64,000 bases of DNA from Callorhinchus milii (taxonomy: Eukaryota). The notes below the pieces were generated by a model, which saw only the letters and a list, made by a program, of their open reading frames with translations, was not told the origin of the DNA and made no database searches. The translations under genes and the position numbers were made by a program. Shown here piece after piece: positions 26,726 to 41,700 of the stretch. The stretch is taken from positions 16,864,001-16,928,000 of the forward strand of contig NW_024704749.1 in NCBI RefSeq assembly GCF_018977255.1, written 5' to 3'. Position 1 is the stretch's first letter, and each line of letters begins with the position of its first letter.

Positions 26726-29700
26726 GCCCAGAGCCTCTCTTTGTGTCCTGAACACTTGTGATCTCTACCCTTAATAACTCTGCAACCTCCAAATGCGATC
26801 AAAGATTAAAAGACGCAATATTTTTACTTTTTTTTTAAAAGACTCCCGAAGATTTCCTCAGGCTGGTTTCTGGGAAGCTGGAGATTGACTGTGTTTGACC
26901 CAGCTACTGCTGAACAGAGCCTGCATTAAGAAAGTTCCTGAGGTTTTCCGTTTCGTTGGCCTGCGTGTTGTACCTGTGCCAACGAACACATAGAGAAGGG
27001 TACAGTACTCAGTGCCGAGCTACTAATCCCTTCTTCTGTCGCTCTATACGTGTCTGCTATCAGTCTGGCTGGACGCACGCTCTCCTCAGTGAGTCAAACT
27101 GTTCCCACTTTCCCAGAAGTGTTCCTCTGGTCTCGAAAGACCCTGCCGTGTCCTGACTTCTTTCTTCATCAGCGGGATTGAACCCCTTTTCTCTCCCCAC
27201 CATCACCTCGTCCTGCTAATCCAGTATGACGCCTGAAGTGGAGTGGGGTGAAGGGGAACAGGCAGGGGTAGGTAAGCTTAAGCCCGTGGCTGTTAGGAAG
27301 CACCTGTTGTGCAATTTTTATCGTATCGTAGCCGCCTATCTGCAGGGTGAGGCACGTTAGTACTCAATAATAATAATACTTGCATTTGATAGAGCACCTT
27401 ATCACGTCGTCGAGATGTCTCAAAGCCCTGCACAGAGTATACAGTGAATTGACTGTGTATTTCCAAATATGTGCTTGATCCGAAGGCATTAGTTTAAAGC
27501 AAGGTGTGCGTAAAAAAAAAACAGTACCTCAACAATGCTTGAGGAGCTGGTTTGCATTTATTCAGTGTACGAGTGGAGGGGAGTGATATTCTCCTGTTCC
27601 CTGACTCTCACACTGTACGGTGGCATTCTGACGAGAAATGGAAGAGTTTTCCCCTGCTCTCTCTCTCTCTCATCTGCTGCACGGGCTGTCAGTCACTGCC
27701 ACGCTGGCTGGTTCACCGTCGATTGTCCAATTACCTGCCCTTTCTCCGTATCCCTTAATACCCTGACCTAATAAACAGCTGTCCACCTCAGTCTTGAAAA
27801 TGTGAATGGATCCAACAACCAAAGCCTTTTCGTAATCTCTGTTCCGTTCTCTTCCCCCACACCCCCAACCTTCCCCGCTTCAGCGAAATCAGTCCCAACT
27901 CTTCAGATCTCCGCACACAACTAAATACATGTCCAGAAGCTGATCGGCTTTGTGCTTGGACAGCTGGTGAGAGTTTGAAGGCTGAGAACAACTTTAGGCA
28001 CTCGGGAGGGCAACGTGAAATAAATCGTCTGTGACGTTGCCGGGAATACGATTGGCAGGGATAGGAAGCGTTGCGAGGTGTTGAGTTTATTATGATAATA
28101 ATCTTTACACTTGGTGTAAGTGCCTCTCACGTCAGTCAGCGCCTTGTCTCAAAGCGCTTCACAGGACGCATACACTGCGAAGTATAGTGGCTACGTATTT
28201 TGTGAGCCAAATTTCTCTTCACTTCCCAGGCGGTTAGTTGCTGGAGAGACATTGGATGTGCTCTGACTCCCGAAGGCTTTGTTTGTTTGTTTGTTTGTTT
28301 GTTTGCGATCGAATGAGTTGCTTCGCATGAGCGAGCGTCGGTTCTGATGTGTTCCTCTCTTGTTGCTGCTGTCTTCAGGTGCTCGACCAAGAGTAGTGCC
28401 TCCTCGGTACAGCATGGAGAACATGGATCTCGTGAACCTCACTCCAGAGAAGGTGAGACTGTTCTGGTCCAATCCAATGCTGCCTGAATCATCCGAATAC
28501 TCATCTCTCCCTTTACCCCCCACAATCCCACCCCCATTCCTCACCATATAAGAACACCCTGGCCAACAATCCCCCCACCCCCCCCAACTAGAATTGGTCA
28601 TCGGTGGCTGTGTGTGGGACATTGCTATCAGCAAATTGTTTTACAATATACACAGTCACGACATTTTACAGCGAATCCTATGAAGCATTTTGAGAACATC
28701 TCGATCGCATATTTCTATTCCTTCTGCCCCCCCGCCCCCCCCCCCCAAAGAACATATACCACCCTCACAAAAGTCACAGAGGATCAGATAAAAATAATTA
28801 AAGGGGAGATCAGCAAACCCGTCTTAACGCACAGGCCAGTGAGAATTTTGAATAATGATGGTGGGGGAACGTTGGGGCGGGTGTCTGAAAGGATGAGATT
28901 GAAGGTATTGGAGTTGGGGTACAGATCAGCCTTGCTCTGGTAGAATGGAGGAACAGGTTCAAGGGGCTGAATGGCGACCTCCTGGTTCCTTCGAAGGACC
29001 TTCGTCCAACTGCATCTTGTGATTTTGTGACCACCAACAACAAATTCCATTTGTGTATCGTCTTTCAGGTCAGGAGGACGTCCCAAGTCGCTGGACAGTC
29101 AGGAATCCGCACCCGAGCTGGTGGTTGGGATCAGGAGGGATTGAGGACTGTGGTTGATGGGCCGAATGGCCTCTTCCTGTAACGTCCCATCATTTACTTA
29201 TGTCTTTAAACTTTAAAGGAATTAAATGGAGATGCAGCAGAGGAGCATCACTGCACTGATCTGAGGAGCGGGGGGAAGGTATCTCTCTCTGGGCAGGTGA
29301 GGAGCAAAAGATACCCAGAGAGACCATCAGCGACTGAGGACCATCAGCAGGGAGCCAGCCCAGTCCCTCCAGTGGACACCAGCGATGTTCACCTTCAAGT
29401 GGCCCAGATGGTAGGCAACTGTAATATTCTGCTGTTTTGCTGTATAGCGTTGGAGGGAGCAGTGTTGATTACTTTTACAGAATGAATCAAATGTCCTTAC
29501 TCATAGGCCTGTACGAGATGTTCAAACTGCCCGCCATGTTGACAGTGACAAAAACATTCACCAACGGGCAAAAAGACATCTCCTGCAATAGCTGCACACT
29601 CTCTACCAGTGTTGTCTTTTTAAAAAAAAAACATTATTTATAAGTTCAAACTCTTTATGAGTGAGGACTTCTGATTCACTCTGTATAACCCTCGCACTTG

Positions 29701-32700
29701 TCCTTTCAGAGCCTTATCACGACATCGAAACATCTCAAAGCACTCCACAAGATTTACTGTAAAGTCTAGACTGTGTATTTCTAGGTGAATGCGGCAGTCG
29801 ATTTACGCACAGCAATGATCCACAGACAGGGATGAAGTAAATGACCAGTTTTATCTGGAGGATTGTAGGCTGGGACACTGGGAGAATCTCCTTCTCTTTT
29901 CAAGTAGCGCCGTGGGATCTTTAACTACCTGAGCACGCAGACAGGATCTCAGTTTAATGTCCCTTCCAAAGGACGGCACCTCAGTGTGTTTATACCCTGG
30001 TATAAATAAATTGCGTTCTCTTCAAGATTTTACACTAGAACTAACTCAGTTCACTGTCGGCCTCTCTGTGTATTTAGGGAGATTTTCCCCGGTATAAATT
30101 GAGCTTGAAGTATTATTGTAGCTCAACGAGGGCCACTTTGGTGAGTAAAGCCTTTCACCTTGCAGATATTTACCTGATCCTTTCTTGAATGGGTTACTCT
30201 GCACCGTGGGAAACTGAAAGCGTTAAGGTTTCTTTCCAAAGCAGAGCCCGAGACTGGGTGCAGTGCTTGTAGCCTGGATTCAGATCAGATCTGTGTGCAG
30301 ACAATGCCAATTCAGTCACACGGTATATGCTGTTCTTATTTGGCAAAGGCTGAGTGAGGCGCTCATAGCAGTGTCCCACAAACAGTCGTGGATTGAGTGA
30401 CCAACTTATTATTATGATTTTGAAGGGATTATTACCCCCGGAAAACAATTAAACCATATTTAAAGGAAGTTTTGTCCTTGTCTAACTGCTGCTGCTTTGG
30501 TTTGACTCCATGCAGTAAATTAAACACCTGACATAGGTGGAACAGCTTTACTACTTTAGATTCACAAAAGCACCTGGAGTACAGAATCGCTCGGTGTGTA
30601 AATGCCAAACCTTTTTTTTTTTAAACGCTCTCTTCGGTCAGGTTTCCTATTGACAGCACAAGAGCATTCTGATGGCAGGACAGAGAGATCTGGGTCAGAT
30701 GGATGGATTACTGTTTTGCCAAGGGCCCTCCTGCGTTGAATGAGCAATCACATCAGCGTGACTCAATACCTGCATTCAACAAGCGGAGGAAATCCACTTT
30801 CAGGGCCGTTGTGGGTTTTTTCTTTCAGAAAGAGCGTCCAGAATACTGACCTTGGATTCTAGTGAAGTAGAACGATAAGCCAGGGTTTCTCTAAGCTCTG
30901 AACTACTACTACTATTAATAATCCTTGCATTTGATATAGCCCCTTATCACATCTTCGAGATGTCTCACAGCCCTTCACAGAACATACGGTAAAGTGAATT
31001 GAGTAAATTTTGTGGACGAAACGCGGCAGCCATTTGCGTACAGCAGCGTCCCGACTAACAGACATTTTTTTTTTTTAAAAAGGATTTTGTTGTGTACCTC
31101 TGTCTGTCTGTCTTGGACTGAGAGGTTCTTTGCTGCTAATCTCCACCTCTCTGGCCTTCGCTTACCACGGGCTGATGCATCCAGCTCACCTCGTCAGTAA
31201 AACCCCAGCCACTTGCCAAAACATATTCTCCAGCTCGTTGGTTCTAAATATTCACTGGACCTAAACCAGCTGATTTTATCGCAAGAAATGCCTTGTGTTT
31301 ATTGTGTCACGAGGATATCAGCTGCAAAAATAGGGGGTGGAAATGTTTACAAAAACTTTTTAAAATAGGTGGGGGAAAAAAAAGTTTTGTGGCCCCTCTT
31401 CCTCGACCTCCGCCACGACCAATAATGAAGGTTCATGCACGTCAGACCAGGCTGAGGACGGTACATTTCTCGTCCTGCTTTGACCAAGATCAGAATGGAC
31501 TTGTTGTTTGTCTCAAGTGTAACCAAATTAATAATAATAATATTAATCCTTCCGTTTGACATAGCGCCTTATCATACAGTTGAGACGTCTCAAAGCGCTT
31601 CGCAGGATATACTGTAAAGTGTCTTGTATTGACTGTGCATTTTGTGGGCGAAATGCGGCTGCCAATTGAATGGAGTAATGTTGTTTTGAAAAGTAAATGA
31701 CCGTGTGAATGATACCACGTAGGTGGGGTTCTGGTTAGGAGGCTTGCAAAGTCAGGACTCTTTACTCTGGAGCAGAGGAGGTAGTTAGTCGACTGTCAAT
31801 TCATAATTATACCATCTGTGAGATGAAACCCTCTTCAGACGAGGCTGAAAGCTTAATTTCTCTTCTTTTAAGCTTCTGCCCACTAGTTCTTTGTCCATAG
31901 CCCACATCAACAAGGCTGCTGAATGTCAAGTATACCTCATAGTGCTTCACACTTAAACACTGAGACAGAAGTCTGTCTGCGATGTATCAAAGCAGGTTAA
32001 CTCCAATTTTAGCAAGCTGATCTGGGAGGTGTAAAGATACTAAATCTTAACCTGATTTATTCACAAATTTGCGGTATGTGACGTCTGCTTTTAACCGTTC
32101 CCACATTTTATCCTTATTATTTATGCTCCTGAATGAACGCAGGTTTTAGGATGTCTCCGTGACAATGAGGGAGTGTGTTCCTTTTAAAAAATCATCACAC
32201 ACATTCGATATTTTGTTGGAACTTAGTTATGTCTCGTGTCTGCCTTATCGAGGTCAGGGTCGGTCTGCACTCACTATTTCAGCATCCACATGCTCAGGAT
32301 ACTGATTTGCTTTGCGCTCTGCTATCAGACGTTTTTGGCAATTGATTTGATTTGAAGTTGCCGTCTACTTTTGGGCGGGGTTGGAGGGGGGGAATTAAAT
32401 AACGCTTCATAAGTGAGTGCAGGAAAGCTGAAGGGAGGCGAGGGAAGGAGCGAGGTGAGGGAACTGTGGGATATGTGTGGGTGTGTTTTTAAAAAAAAAC
32501 CTTCTAATCTCTACCGCTATCTTAAATCGATGCCCTCTGCTCAGAGCCTCACTGACCAGAGGAAATAATTTCTCTCCATCTGCCCTTTTTTAAAAAAATC
32601 ACAATATTAAAGACGGAAAGCTGAGCTTTCGAGACAATAAATCAGTGGCAAAACCAGAAGTTCGTGATGCCTTGTAAACGCCGTGATATTAGTCCACGAC

Positions 32701-35700
32701 CGAGGCACAACTTGGAAGAAAGACAAGTAATAATGATAATAATAATCCCTGCATTTGATACAGCACCTTACCACGTCTTCGAGACGTCTCAAAGCGCTTC
32801 ACAGGATATACCGTAAAGTGAATTGACCGTATATTTTGTGGGGGCGAAAATACGCAGAACATTGAAACCTGGGACTCGCTGCGAATCGCTGGCCTGCAGT
32901 CTTCAAAAGAGCTCTTTAGACGCTCTCCACTGGGATTCACCTGCATCTCTTCCTTCGTTCCCAGAAATAACCCAACCCCCGTGCTAGGGACAGCTTTTCA
33001 TACATAACGCGTGGGAAGGCTGCAGATAAATCTGGGGTAGAGCGCTGCCGGAGGTTTTACCAGCTTTTTATTAACCCTTACGGGGCACCGGCAGCAGCCA
33101 CTGTGTGATCAATAGCAACCTTGAGCATGAATCCTGATAAGGACGACAAGTGACATTCACGCCGTGCCTTTCACGGCGAGAGGACGTCCCAAGGCGCTGG
33201 ATAGTCAGGGATTTGGACCCGAGCTGGGGGTTGATCAGGAGGGGTGTGGAGGGAAGGGGGTGGTAGGAGGTTGGGTGGGTGGCAGAAGGCTCGGTTGAAG
33301 AGGAGGGTCTGGAGACGCGCCTTGAAGGAGGAAAGGGAGGGAGGGAGTGGGGTTGGAAAGAAAGGTCTTTAAAGATGGGGAAGGAGGAGGTGAGGCAGAG
33401 AGACTCCAGGATGGAGTTCCAGAGCGCTGGGGGGGTGGGGGGAGAATGGATGTAAGTCCACCCACTGACGATGGGGCAGTTCTCATGGCAGATGTGAAGC
33501 AGGGTACTGGAGGAAGAGACGAGGTGCAGGAGGTCATAGAGGTAGGATGGGGCAAGGCCAGGGGAGGGGGGAGAATGAGGGTGTAAATCCGCAGTGTTGG
33601 CGCCGAGCAGAGAAATGTTTGATCTGTCTCTGACCATGATACCTACCCCGAGAGCCTTTAACCCTAACCCCGGTAAAATGATATTATTTGTCTAATCTGC
33701 CATTTAACTAAATAATAATAATTTGATCACTCACTCCACAACTGTTTGTGGGTCATTTGCGGTGTGCAATTGGCTGCCACGTTTCGCCCACCCAATATAC
33801 AGTCGATCCACTTTACGATATATTTTGAGACGTGCCAACGAGGTGATGAGGCGCGATATCAAATGCAAGGATTATTATTATTATTATTATTAACTGTACC
33901 TTATTTTTCTGCGATGCAAATTCCCTCAAATCAGAGCGGTCCGGCCACTGAAACTTTACACGGCAGACTGCTCGCTCTCTGGACGAGAGAATTAATCCGG
34001 TACAGTGCGAAAATACAGGCAAAATAAATCAATATTAAAATAGTAGTCTTTGGGTTTGTTATCCAATTAACCAAGCTTCTCCATTGGGATCTTAACTTAG
34101 CCTGTAGCCCTTTCATTCTTTTTTTAATATAAAAATAAACTTCTGACCCTGTTTATAAATCTATTATAAGTCCCTTCACGCTCCGCAACTCGTGCCTTGA
34201 AGAAGAATGTATTGAACTAGGAGCAGTCGACATGTGAAACACACACACACACACACACACAGCAGCTATTCTGATGTAAGTGGTGAGCACTCACTCACTC
34301 ACTCGCTGAGACGTTTGATGTATGGTATACATATGCAGACGACTGTTTTTGTTTTGCGGACTCTGGATGGTACTTGAAGGAGTAATTAAACCAGGATCCA
34401 GACTACAAATGGGTGAGCTGAGAGTTGCACATGGTTGAGAGAGCCTCTCACATAAATCTGAAGCTCGCTGCGAGGTAGCTGTCAGTGACCCTGAACGACG
34501 CACAGTTGAGGACACAGAGCAAATACTCCCTCTCGCTCACCTTCTGCCAAAGCAGCTCCCAGCATTGGTTTGTGCTGTCTGTTGCTCCCACCCCAAAAAA
34601 AAAGCCTCTAGGTTTGCTCTGTGTGTGCGTGTGTGAGAGAGAGAGACAAGACTGGTGAGTGCTCTGCACTGTTACACTATCTCTACCTTTTGTGCATCTT
34701 GTTCTGTATGTACGAGCGTCTATATATTATAACATGTTTTGTCTTGGCAATTTGTTTTGTTCAGTGAGAAACTTTGTTCGAGGTCTGGCTTTACGAGGTT
34801 GATGTGCTTTGGGGATCGATTCGTGACTTGGTGTGAAGTGAAATGCACTGGTGTATCGCATGGCTCTATCTCTCTGTCCTAAGTGTTTAAAAGGATGTCC
34901 GTTTCAACCCCGTTTGGGTTCAGGTTGCTCGTCTGCATCATAGAGAGCGCTAGAGTAAATTTATCTCGGATTTTCACAAAATTAATTCATTAATTAAAGC
35001 TGCAATGAAGGGTCCCAGCCAGAGGCATATTGTCTCTCAAGTTCCCTGTTCCCTGGGAAAGAATTTAAAAGGATATTCCTTTCTACGATTAACTGTGACC
35101 CCAAACTCCTCTTAATTATGTTACTGTGCTGTCAACCTCTTTATCACCTACCTCCCTGCTTCATGTCCAGACTTGCGGGCACATTGTTTTACAATAGCGC
35201 AAGTGAACACAGAGCCACAGACTGACTGTTCTTTTGCCAATGTGTTTCTTTCCTGAACAGCCATAACAGGTAGTGTGTTAGCCTGGCATGGAGATTGCAC
35301 TCAGTCAGAAGGTTGTGGGTTCAAGCCCCACATCGGGACTTTGAACTCGTGTTGTCCAGGTTGGCACTTCAGTGCAGGGCTGGGTGGGTGCAGCTTTGTT
35401 GGAGATGCCGTCCTTCAGATGAGACTTTAAACCAAGGTCCCGTCTGCCTGTTCAAGTTGGGCGTTAAAGCTCCCATGGCACTATTTGAAAAGAGAAGGGA
35501 GTTTCAATCAGTATCCTGGCCAGCAAACACCCCCCAAGAAAAAATTGGTCACCCGCTTGTGAACGAAATACAGTAGCCAGTTGTAATTTCCCCCAATAAT
35601 AGTAATAATAATAATCCTTGCATTTGATATAGCGCTTTTCTCGTCTTCGAGACGTCTCAAACAGCCATAAAGTGAATGAATGATTTTATTTATTTTATTT

Positions 35701-38700
35701 TATTTGGGGGGATGGTTGACCAGGACACTGGGTGAAACTCCCTTCTCTTTTCAAATAGTGCCGTGGGATCTTTAAAGTCTCCTTGAAAAAGCAGACGGAA
35801 CCTTGATTTAATGTCTCGTCCAAAGGATGGCACCTCAAGCAATGCAATCCTTCTCTGCTGCCACATTTACTTACAAAAGCAGTCACTGCACTTGACAGTA
35901 ATTACGAGAATGCGTTAATAGGGCTGAATGGTGTGTCTCCTGCCATATTATCCATATACGTCTATATAATGGGGTCTTAAATTATAAACCTTTAAAAACA
36001 CAGGTTCTTTTTAATAATAATAATCCTTGCATTTGATATAGCGCTTTTCACGTCTTCGATGCGTCTCAAAGCGCTTCACAAAATATACTGGAAGGTGAAT
36101 TGACCGTATATTTTGTGGGCAAAACACGGCAGCCAACTGCGCACAGCGGCGTCCCACAGACAGTCGTGGATTGAGTGACCACATTTTATTTTTTTTCCCA
36201 TAAATGTATTTATTGTTTTGAAGGGATTATTGATCTCAGAATCACAGCATTTGGTTAACTCACTTTATTGAGTTTAAGGTTGGTGGGTCATTCTCTTCTC
36301 ACTGCGACAAAGGTGCTCTCACAATTATGTATCTATCTCTACGGCACACACTTTCCTATGTGCTTAATTGTGGTCCTTCAAGTTATGACCCTATTATAAG
36401 TGATCCCAACATTGCCGCATTGAAACTCTTCAACCAGGTGAAGTGGTAAAGCCTTTGTTTTTGATAGGACCTGATCACCTCGAAGCCTCTCACAAAGTGC
36501 TTCGCAAGGAATTACTGTTCGTGTTGGGGGGGGGAGGGTGGGGGGGGGCAGTGGCTGTGCTGTGCAGGTTAACACAGCAGCCGATCACTCACCCAATGTC
36601 CCGCAAACAGCTGTGCGGTGGTGATGATTAACTCATTAGTGTGGAGGGTCACTATCGTGTTGTGAGATCTCGTGAGCGTCCACCTGAGCGGCGAAGGCAA
36701 TCTGTAGTTTAACGCCTCATCTGAAAGACGCCGCCTTTCCAACGATGAGATAAAGTGTTTTTGTGTTCATGAGTCGTGCAAACTTGAGATAATAATTCTG
36801 GTGGTTAAAGGCATCTTGAAAGATTCCATGATCATAAGGCAGCGATTGAACAGGATGCTAATCTCCTCGACTGTCAGGACTTTGCCACTGTAAAGCGCTT
36901 CGGGATGCTATCTCGTGTGAAGGGCGCTATAGTATTACTATTATTATTAAGCTGCTGTTGTTGTTGACTGCACCATTCATTTAGCTCAGTTATCTCGCTC
37001 TTACACTCTAAAAGTGTAATAAATGTGCAAGCCCAGTACAATTGGCTGAATATCATTTTTATTATTATATGAAATGACTACAAAGAACTGTTCTGCTTAA
37101 ACATTAATTTAGGAAATAATATTCTTGAACAATGCTCTCTGTAGCCGCTGCTAATTGATGTCTGGATGGCGGAGCACTCTGAGTCCTCACCTCATTTACT
37201 TCCAGTGCACGAAACGGCTAAATCCGCAAACAATTTCTCTCAAATTAAGGGTGGAAATGCAACAGGGCAGTTTGTCTGCCTTCCAACTCTGCAAAGGGAG
37301 AAAAACAAAGCAATTCATCCACTTGTGAGAGATGCTTTGTTCCTCAGTCTTTCACAGTCTAATTCCCTGCTGTATTTTTTTAGCTCCAGGCACATTTCCT
37401 CCTTCCTTTTTAGTACCAAAAGGTGAATTGTCCTCTGTTCCGCAATTTAATTCCAGATAGCAGTGATTCAGAAATCCAGCCTGTTTAATATCATACAAGT
37501 TCCCAATTTGTGAACGAAATCCCAAACCTTTTTAATCCAAAGCTGACTTTGAATGAACTAATGATCTGATTTAATCTTTTAAGCGCTTTGAGACGTCTCG
37601 AAGACGTGATAAGGCGCTATATCAGTTGCAAGGATTATTGTTATTATTGTGTACTGTGGTGTTGGACTGGACGGGTGGGGACTGGAGCAGTTATATACTG
37701 GGCACTGTGTACAGCGACTGTGACTGACCCATCCAAATCTGGCAGTTCAGATGATCAGGTGTTAACGAAGATAGGACTTAGTCACCATGGATTGTTTTTG
37801 TTGTAAAAGCCAGTTGTTCTCTGGCAAACAAGAAGCCGGTCTCGAATTTATCTGGAACGTGAGGCAGAGCCACCTGAGCTGTCAGAGAGCATCTTTCCCC
37901 ATATTTGTACAGTCAGGAATTCCTGTGTCGGTGCCTTGTCTGTAACGATTGTGGACTTGGGACCATTGCATGAGCTCGATCTCGCTCTCTTCTTACAGCT
38001 CCAGTCACTCCTGTTAACATTTTGTGTCGGAAGGTCATCTCAAAAGAAGCATCAATTCTACGTGCGTCTGTTAAAGCTTAGCAAAATAGAGAATTTGTGT
38101 TTTTGTAATGAGAAACCCTTTCATTTGATATGGCGCCTTGTCACGTCATTGAGACACCGCAAACCGCTTCACAGGATTTACCGTAAAGTGTAGCGGCTGA
38201 GTATGGTGTAGGTGGAAATGGCTCATCACATTTCAAAGGGCTGACAATCGTTCACAAGCAACATGCACACCTGAGGCTGTTCATTCAGTTTACAACAATT
38301 CTGCATCGTTTCGATATTCTGCTTCTCTACAGATTTCTCCGTTTCTAATCTGTTCCGTTTTCAGAATACTCTTTGCTTTCCACACAACGGTTCAAGCCTA
38401 AATCGAGCCCGGTGACCTGGCATCGGGGCTTGATATCTGTGTTCTGTCCATTATGACATTCGTGGCTCCCCCCTGACGAGACGCAGTGTGACTTTGTCTG
38501 TTTGATGGGGCGCAGGCTTCATCAGAAAGTTGTTTGGCAAACCTGTTCTCTTTCCTTGCCAACACCTTCAGCCTTGAGGCTTAATTTGCAAGACACTCGG
38601 ATCACCAAACAGGCTCATCCAATCTGACTCTCACCAGCGCGTGTGCGCGAGGCTGAGCCCAGGCTGCCCCACCGCCTCCATGCATCTGTTGTGTGCAGGT

Positions 38701-41700
38701 CTGCGTTGCGCCAGTGATTTATTTTTGAAACACGTGGGTGACGGAAACAGACCTGCCTCCTCATGAGGGATAAACATTCTTCAATCGCAGTTACTCGCGC
38801 TCAGCTCTGCGCATCAAATTAAGTTTCCTCGATTTCTTTTAACTTGTTGGATGCTGTTGAGAAATTTCACAATCGACCTGACTCTAATCCCTCTCGGCTG
38901 GGTTTCCTTCAAAAAAAAATCAAGTGTTTCGGTGTTCGGTCGAAAAACGACGCGAATAATCGTTGCATTTGATAGAACGCCTTATTGCCCTCATTGAGAC
39001 GTCTCAGAGCTCTTCACAAATTGCTGTGTGCCAATTGGCCGCCAGGTTCACCCCACAAATACAGTCACCGCAGTTTGCAGAAATACCTGCGAAGCACTTT
39101 GAGACGTGATGAAGTGCTATAAGCAAGGATTATTATTATTATTATTATTATTAATCACACTGAGCCATTTAAGTGTGTTAATTAACCGCTTGGCCTCTCT
39201 GCCAATCGGGTTATTTCTGCTTTCACGCTGAAGGGATATTGAACAGCCAGAGCAGCGACAACCTGCATTTACGTAGCAGCCCACACTCAGGCAGGGAGGT
39301 GTCCCTGAGCGCTCGACAGTAATGGAGTGCGCGACATATCGAGGAGCGCTATCGGAACAATTAAATGGCGACTTCGAAACCTGATTTTTGTGTTTTACTT
39401 CCACAGAAGATAAGTCGGGAGGCCTCGGATGAAGAATGCTTCTTTGATCTGCTGAGTCGTTTTCAAAGTAGTCGCATGGATGATCAACGTTGTACCTTAG
39501 ACGAGCGGCAGAACGGTGCCATGAGCAACACCTCCCCACCGCTGTCTCCTTTGCAGGAGACGAGTGAGTATCTAGTGAGGACGTGTGAATCCAACCCAAG
39601 TAATCTCTCTTGATCGTCCTTCCGTTTCTCTTCCCCCCCGCCATTCGGCCGGGAATCCGCTGAGAGGTGGCCCGGCACTCGTCCAAACCACTCCCGGCTT
39701 CACAAAAGCTGCTCCAGGGAAGCCTTTGCTACCATTGCCCATTTACAGCTCAGCACTCGTCACGTTTATAATAATAATAATAATCCTTGTATTTGATACA
39801 GCGCCTTATCGCGTCTTCGAGACGTCTCAAAGCGCTTCACAGAATACACCGTAAAGTGAATTGACTGTATATTTTGTGGGCAAAACACGGCAGCACAGCA
39901 GCGTCCCCACAAACAGCCGTGGTTTGAAGTGATCTGTTATTTTTTTTTACATACATGTCCATTGGCAGAAGGAAATATCAAAGTATCAGATCCGTGTGTC
40001 AGTGGTAGCACTCTCGCATCGGGAGTCAGAAAGTTGGGGGTGGGGGGGGGGGGGTGTTGCATTATCAGAGGTTCTGTCCTTCGGATGAGACGTTAAACCG
40101 AGTCCCCGACAGCCTGTTCAGGGGGATGTGAAAGGTCCCGTGGCCGTGTCCGAAAAGAGAAGGGAGTTTCTCCCGCTCTAAAGGGTTCTGTGACGTTATT
40201 CTGTGCGGAGCGAGCGGGCTATAGAGATGCAAGCTGCTAACTGCTGTCGTCGTTATAAGCGCGCGTTGTTGTTTGGAGCAATGCAACTGGTGCGGCTTCT
40301 ATCTCGAAGAGTTGGGCTTGTTCAGTGGACACTGTGCAAAGCAGCGAGTCGAGCCCATGCACTGTGCTGCATTAGTTGGCTCAGCTCCCTGCCTGTTAGC
40401 TCCGGGACACTACCCCGCGTGAAGGGCACTACATAAATGCAAGTTGTTGTTGTTGTTGTATTACCCACTGACTGACGTGTCGCGCAATGTCTCGCCTCAC
40501 TGTGCCAAGCACCTCGTCTGGCCTGACCACCGTCCTCGTCTCTCACCTTCGAAAGCAACGATAAAGTCAATGATGGGAGATATTAAATGCGCTGTGGCTA
40601 AGGACTGCTCCATTACTCACTCTGTCCTTGACCATGTGCAGGGCTTGTGAATCATATTGCGCACACCAGATCCAATAAAAATGTAAATCACAGCTACCGA
40701 TGTGTAGTTATGAGATGTCGCAGTGACCGCATTGTTCCGGGAAATAAATACGGTCATTAACTGCATGTGAATGTTAATCAAAGTGCAATTGAACTCTTTA
40801 TATATACAGAGCGTGCTTAATGAGTGAATCGGACATTTATCCCCTGGCAAGGTTAATAACAACAACTTTCATTTGATGTAGAGCCTTATCACGTCGTTGA
40901 GATGTCTCGAAGTGCTTCACAGAGTATATTGTAAAGTGGATTGACGGTGTATTTTGTGGGCGAAATGCGGCAGCCAATTAATTGCGCACAGCGGTGTCCC
41001 ACAAGTAATCCTGTGAAGTGCTTTGAGACATCCTCCTGCATCGAAGGTTCGGATCAAGTTCTCTTTCTCTAATTGGGTCTCTCCTTTCTCCCTCCAGCTC
41101 AATCCTCGGTCATTACATCCCCTCAGACGGAAGAGTTTTTTGACTTGATCGCGAGTTCCCAGAGCCGGAGGCTGGACGACCAGCGAGCCAGCGTGGGCAA
41201 CCTGCCAGGACTGAGGATCACTCACAATAATAGCCAGGTGGTCATGGGGCATCTGCGGACAGACGGAGACCCTCAGGAGCCCGGAGATGAGTTTTTCAAC
41301 ATGTTAATGAAATGTCAGGTAAGGCACTGTGAGGAGACAAGATTCAAATCATGCGTTTTCTTTTTTGGAGGGGGGGGGGGGTGGTTATTATGTTTGGCAA
41401 GGTGCAGGGAAATTGAAACCTTCCCATCAGAGGCTAGCAGTGTCAGCATCAAACACTCTTGATGTCACACTGAACAGTGGGCCTCAGCATTAGCTGAACT
41501 AGGGAGGGAAAACTCTATAGGGACGCCCAGGCAGGGTTAAGGTAGAGAGCAGACAACCACAAATTGCATTTAAATCGCACCTTTCAGGTCAGGACAACGG
41601 CCCGAGGCGCATCTGAGCTGGGGGGTTGAATCGAGAGCGGTGGAGGGCAACAGGGATGGAGGTGGGAGGATGACTGAAGGTCCAGTTCTTTTTTGTAAGA

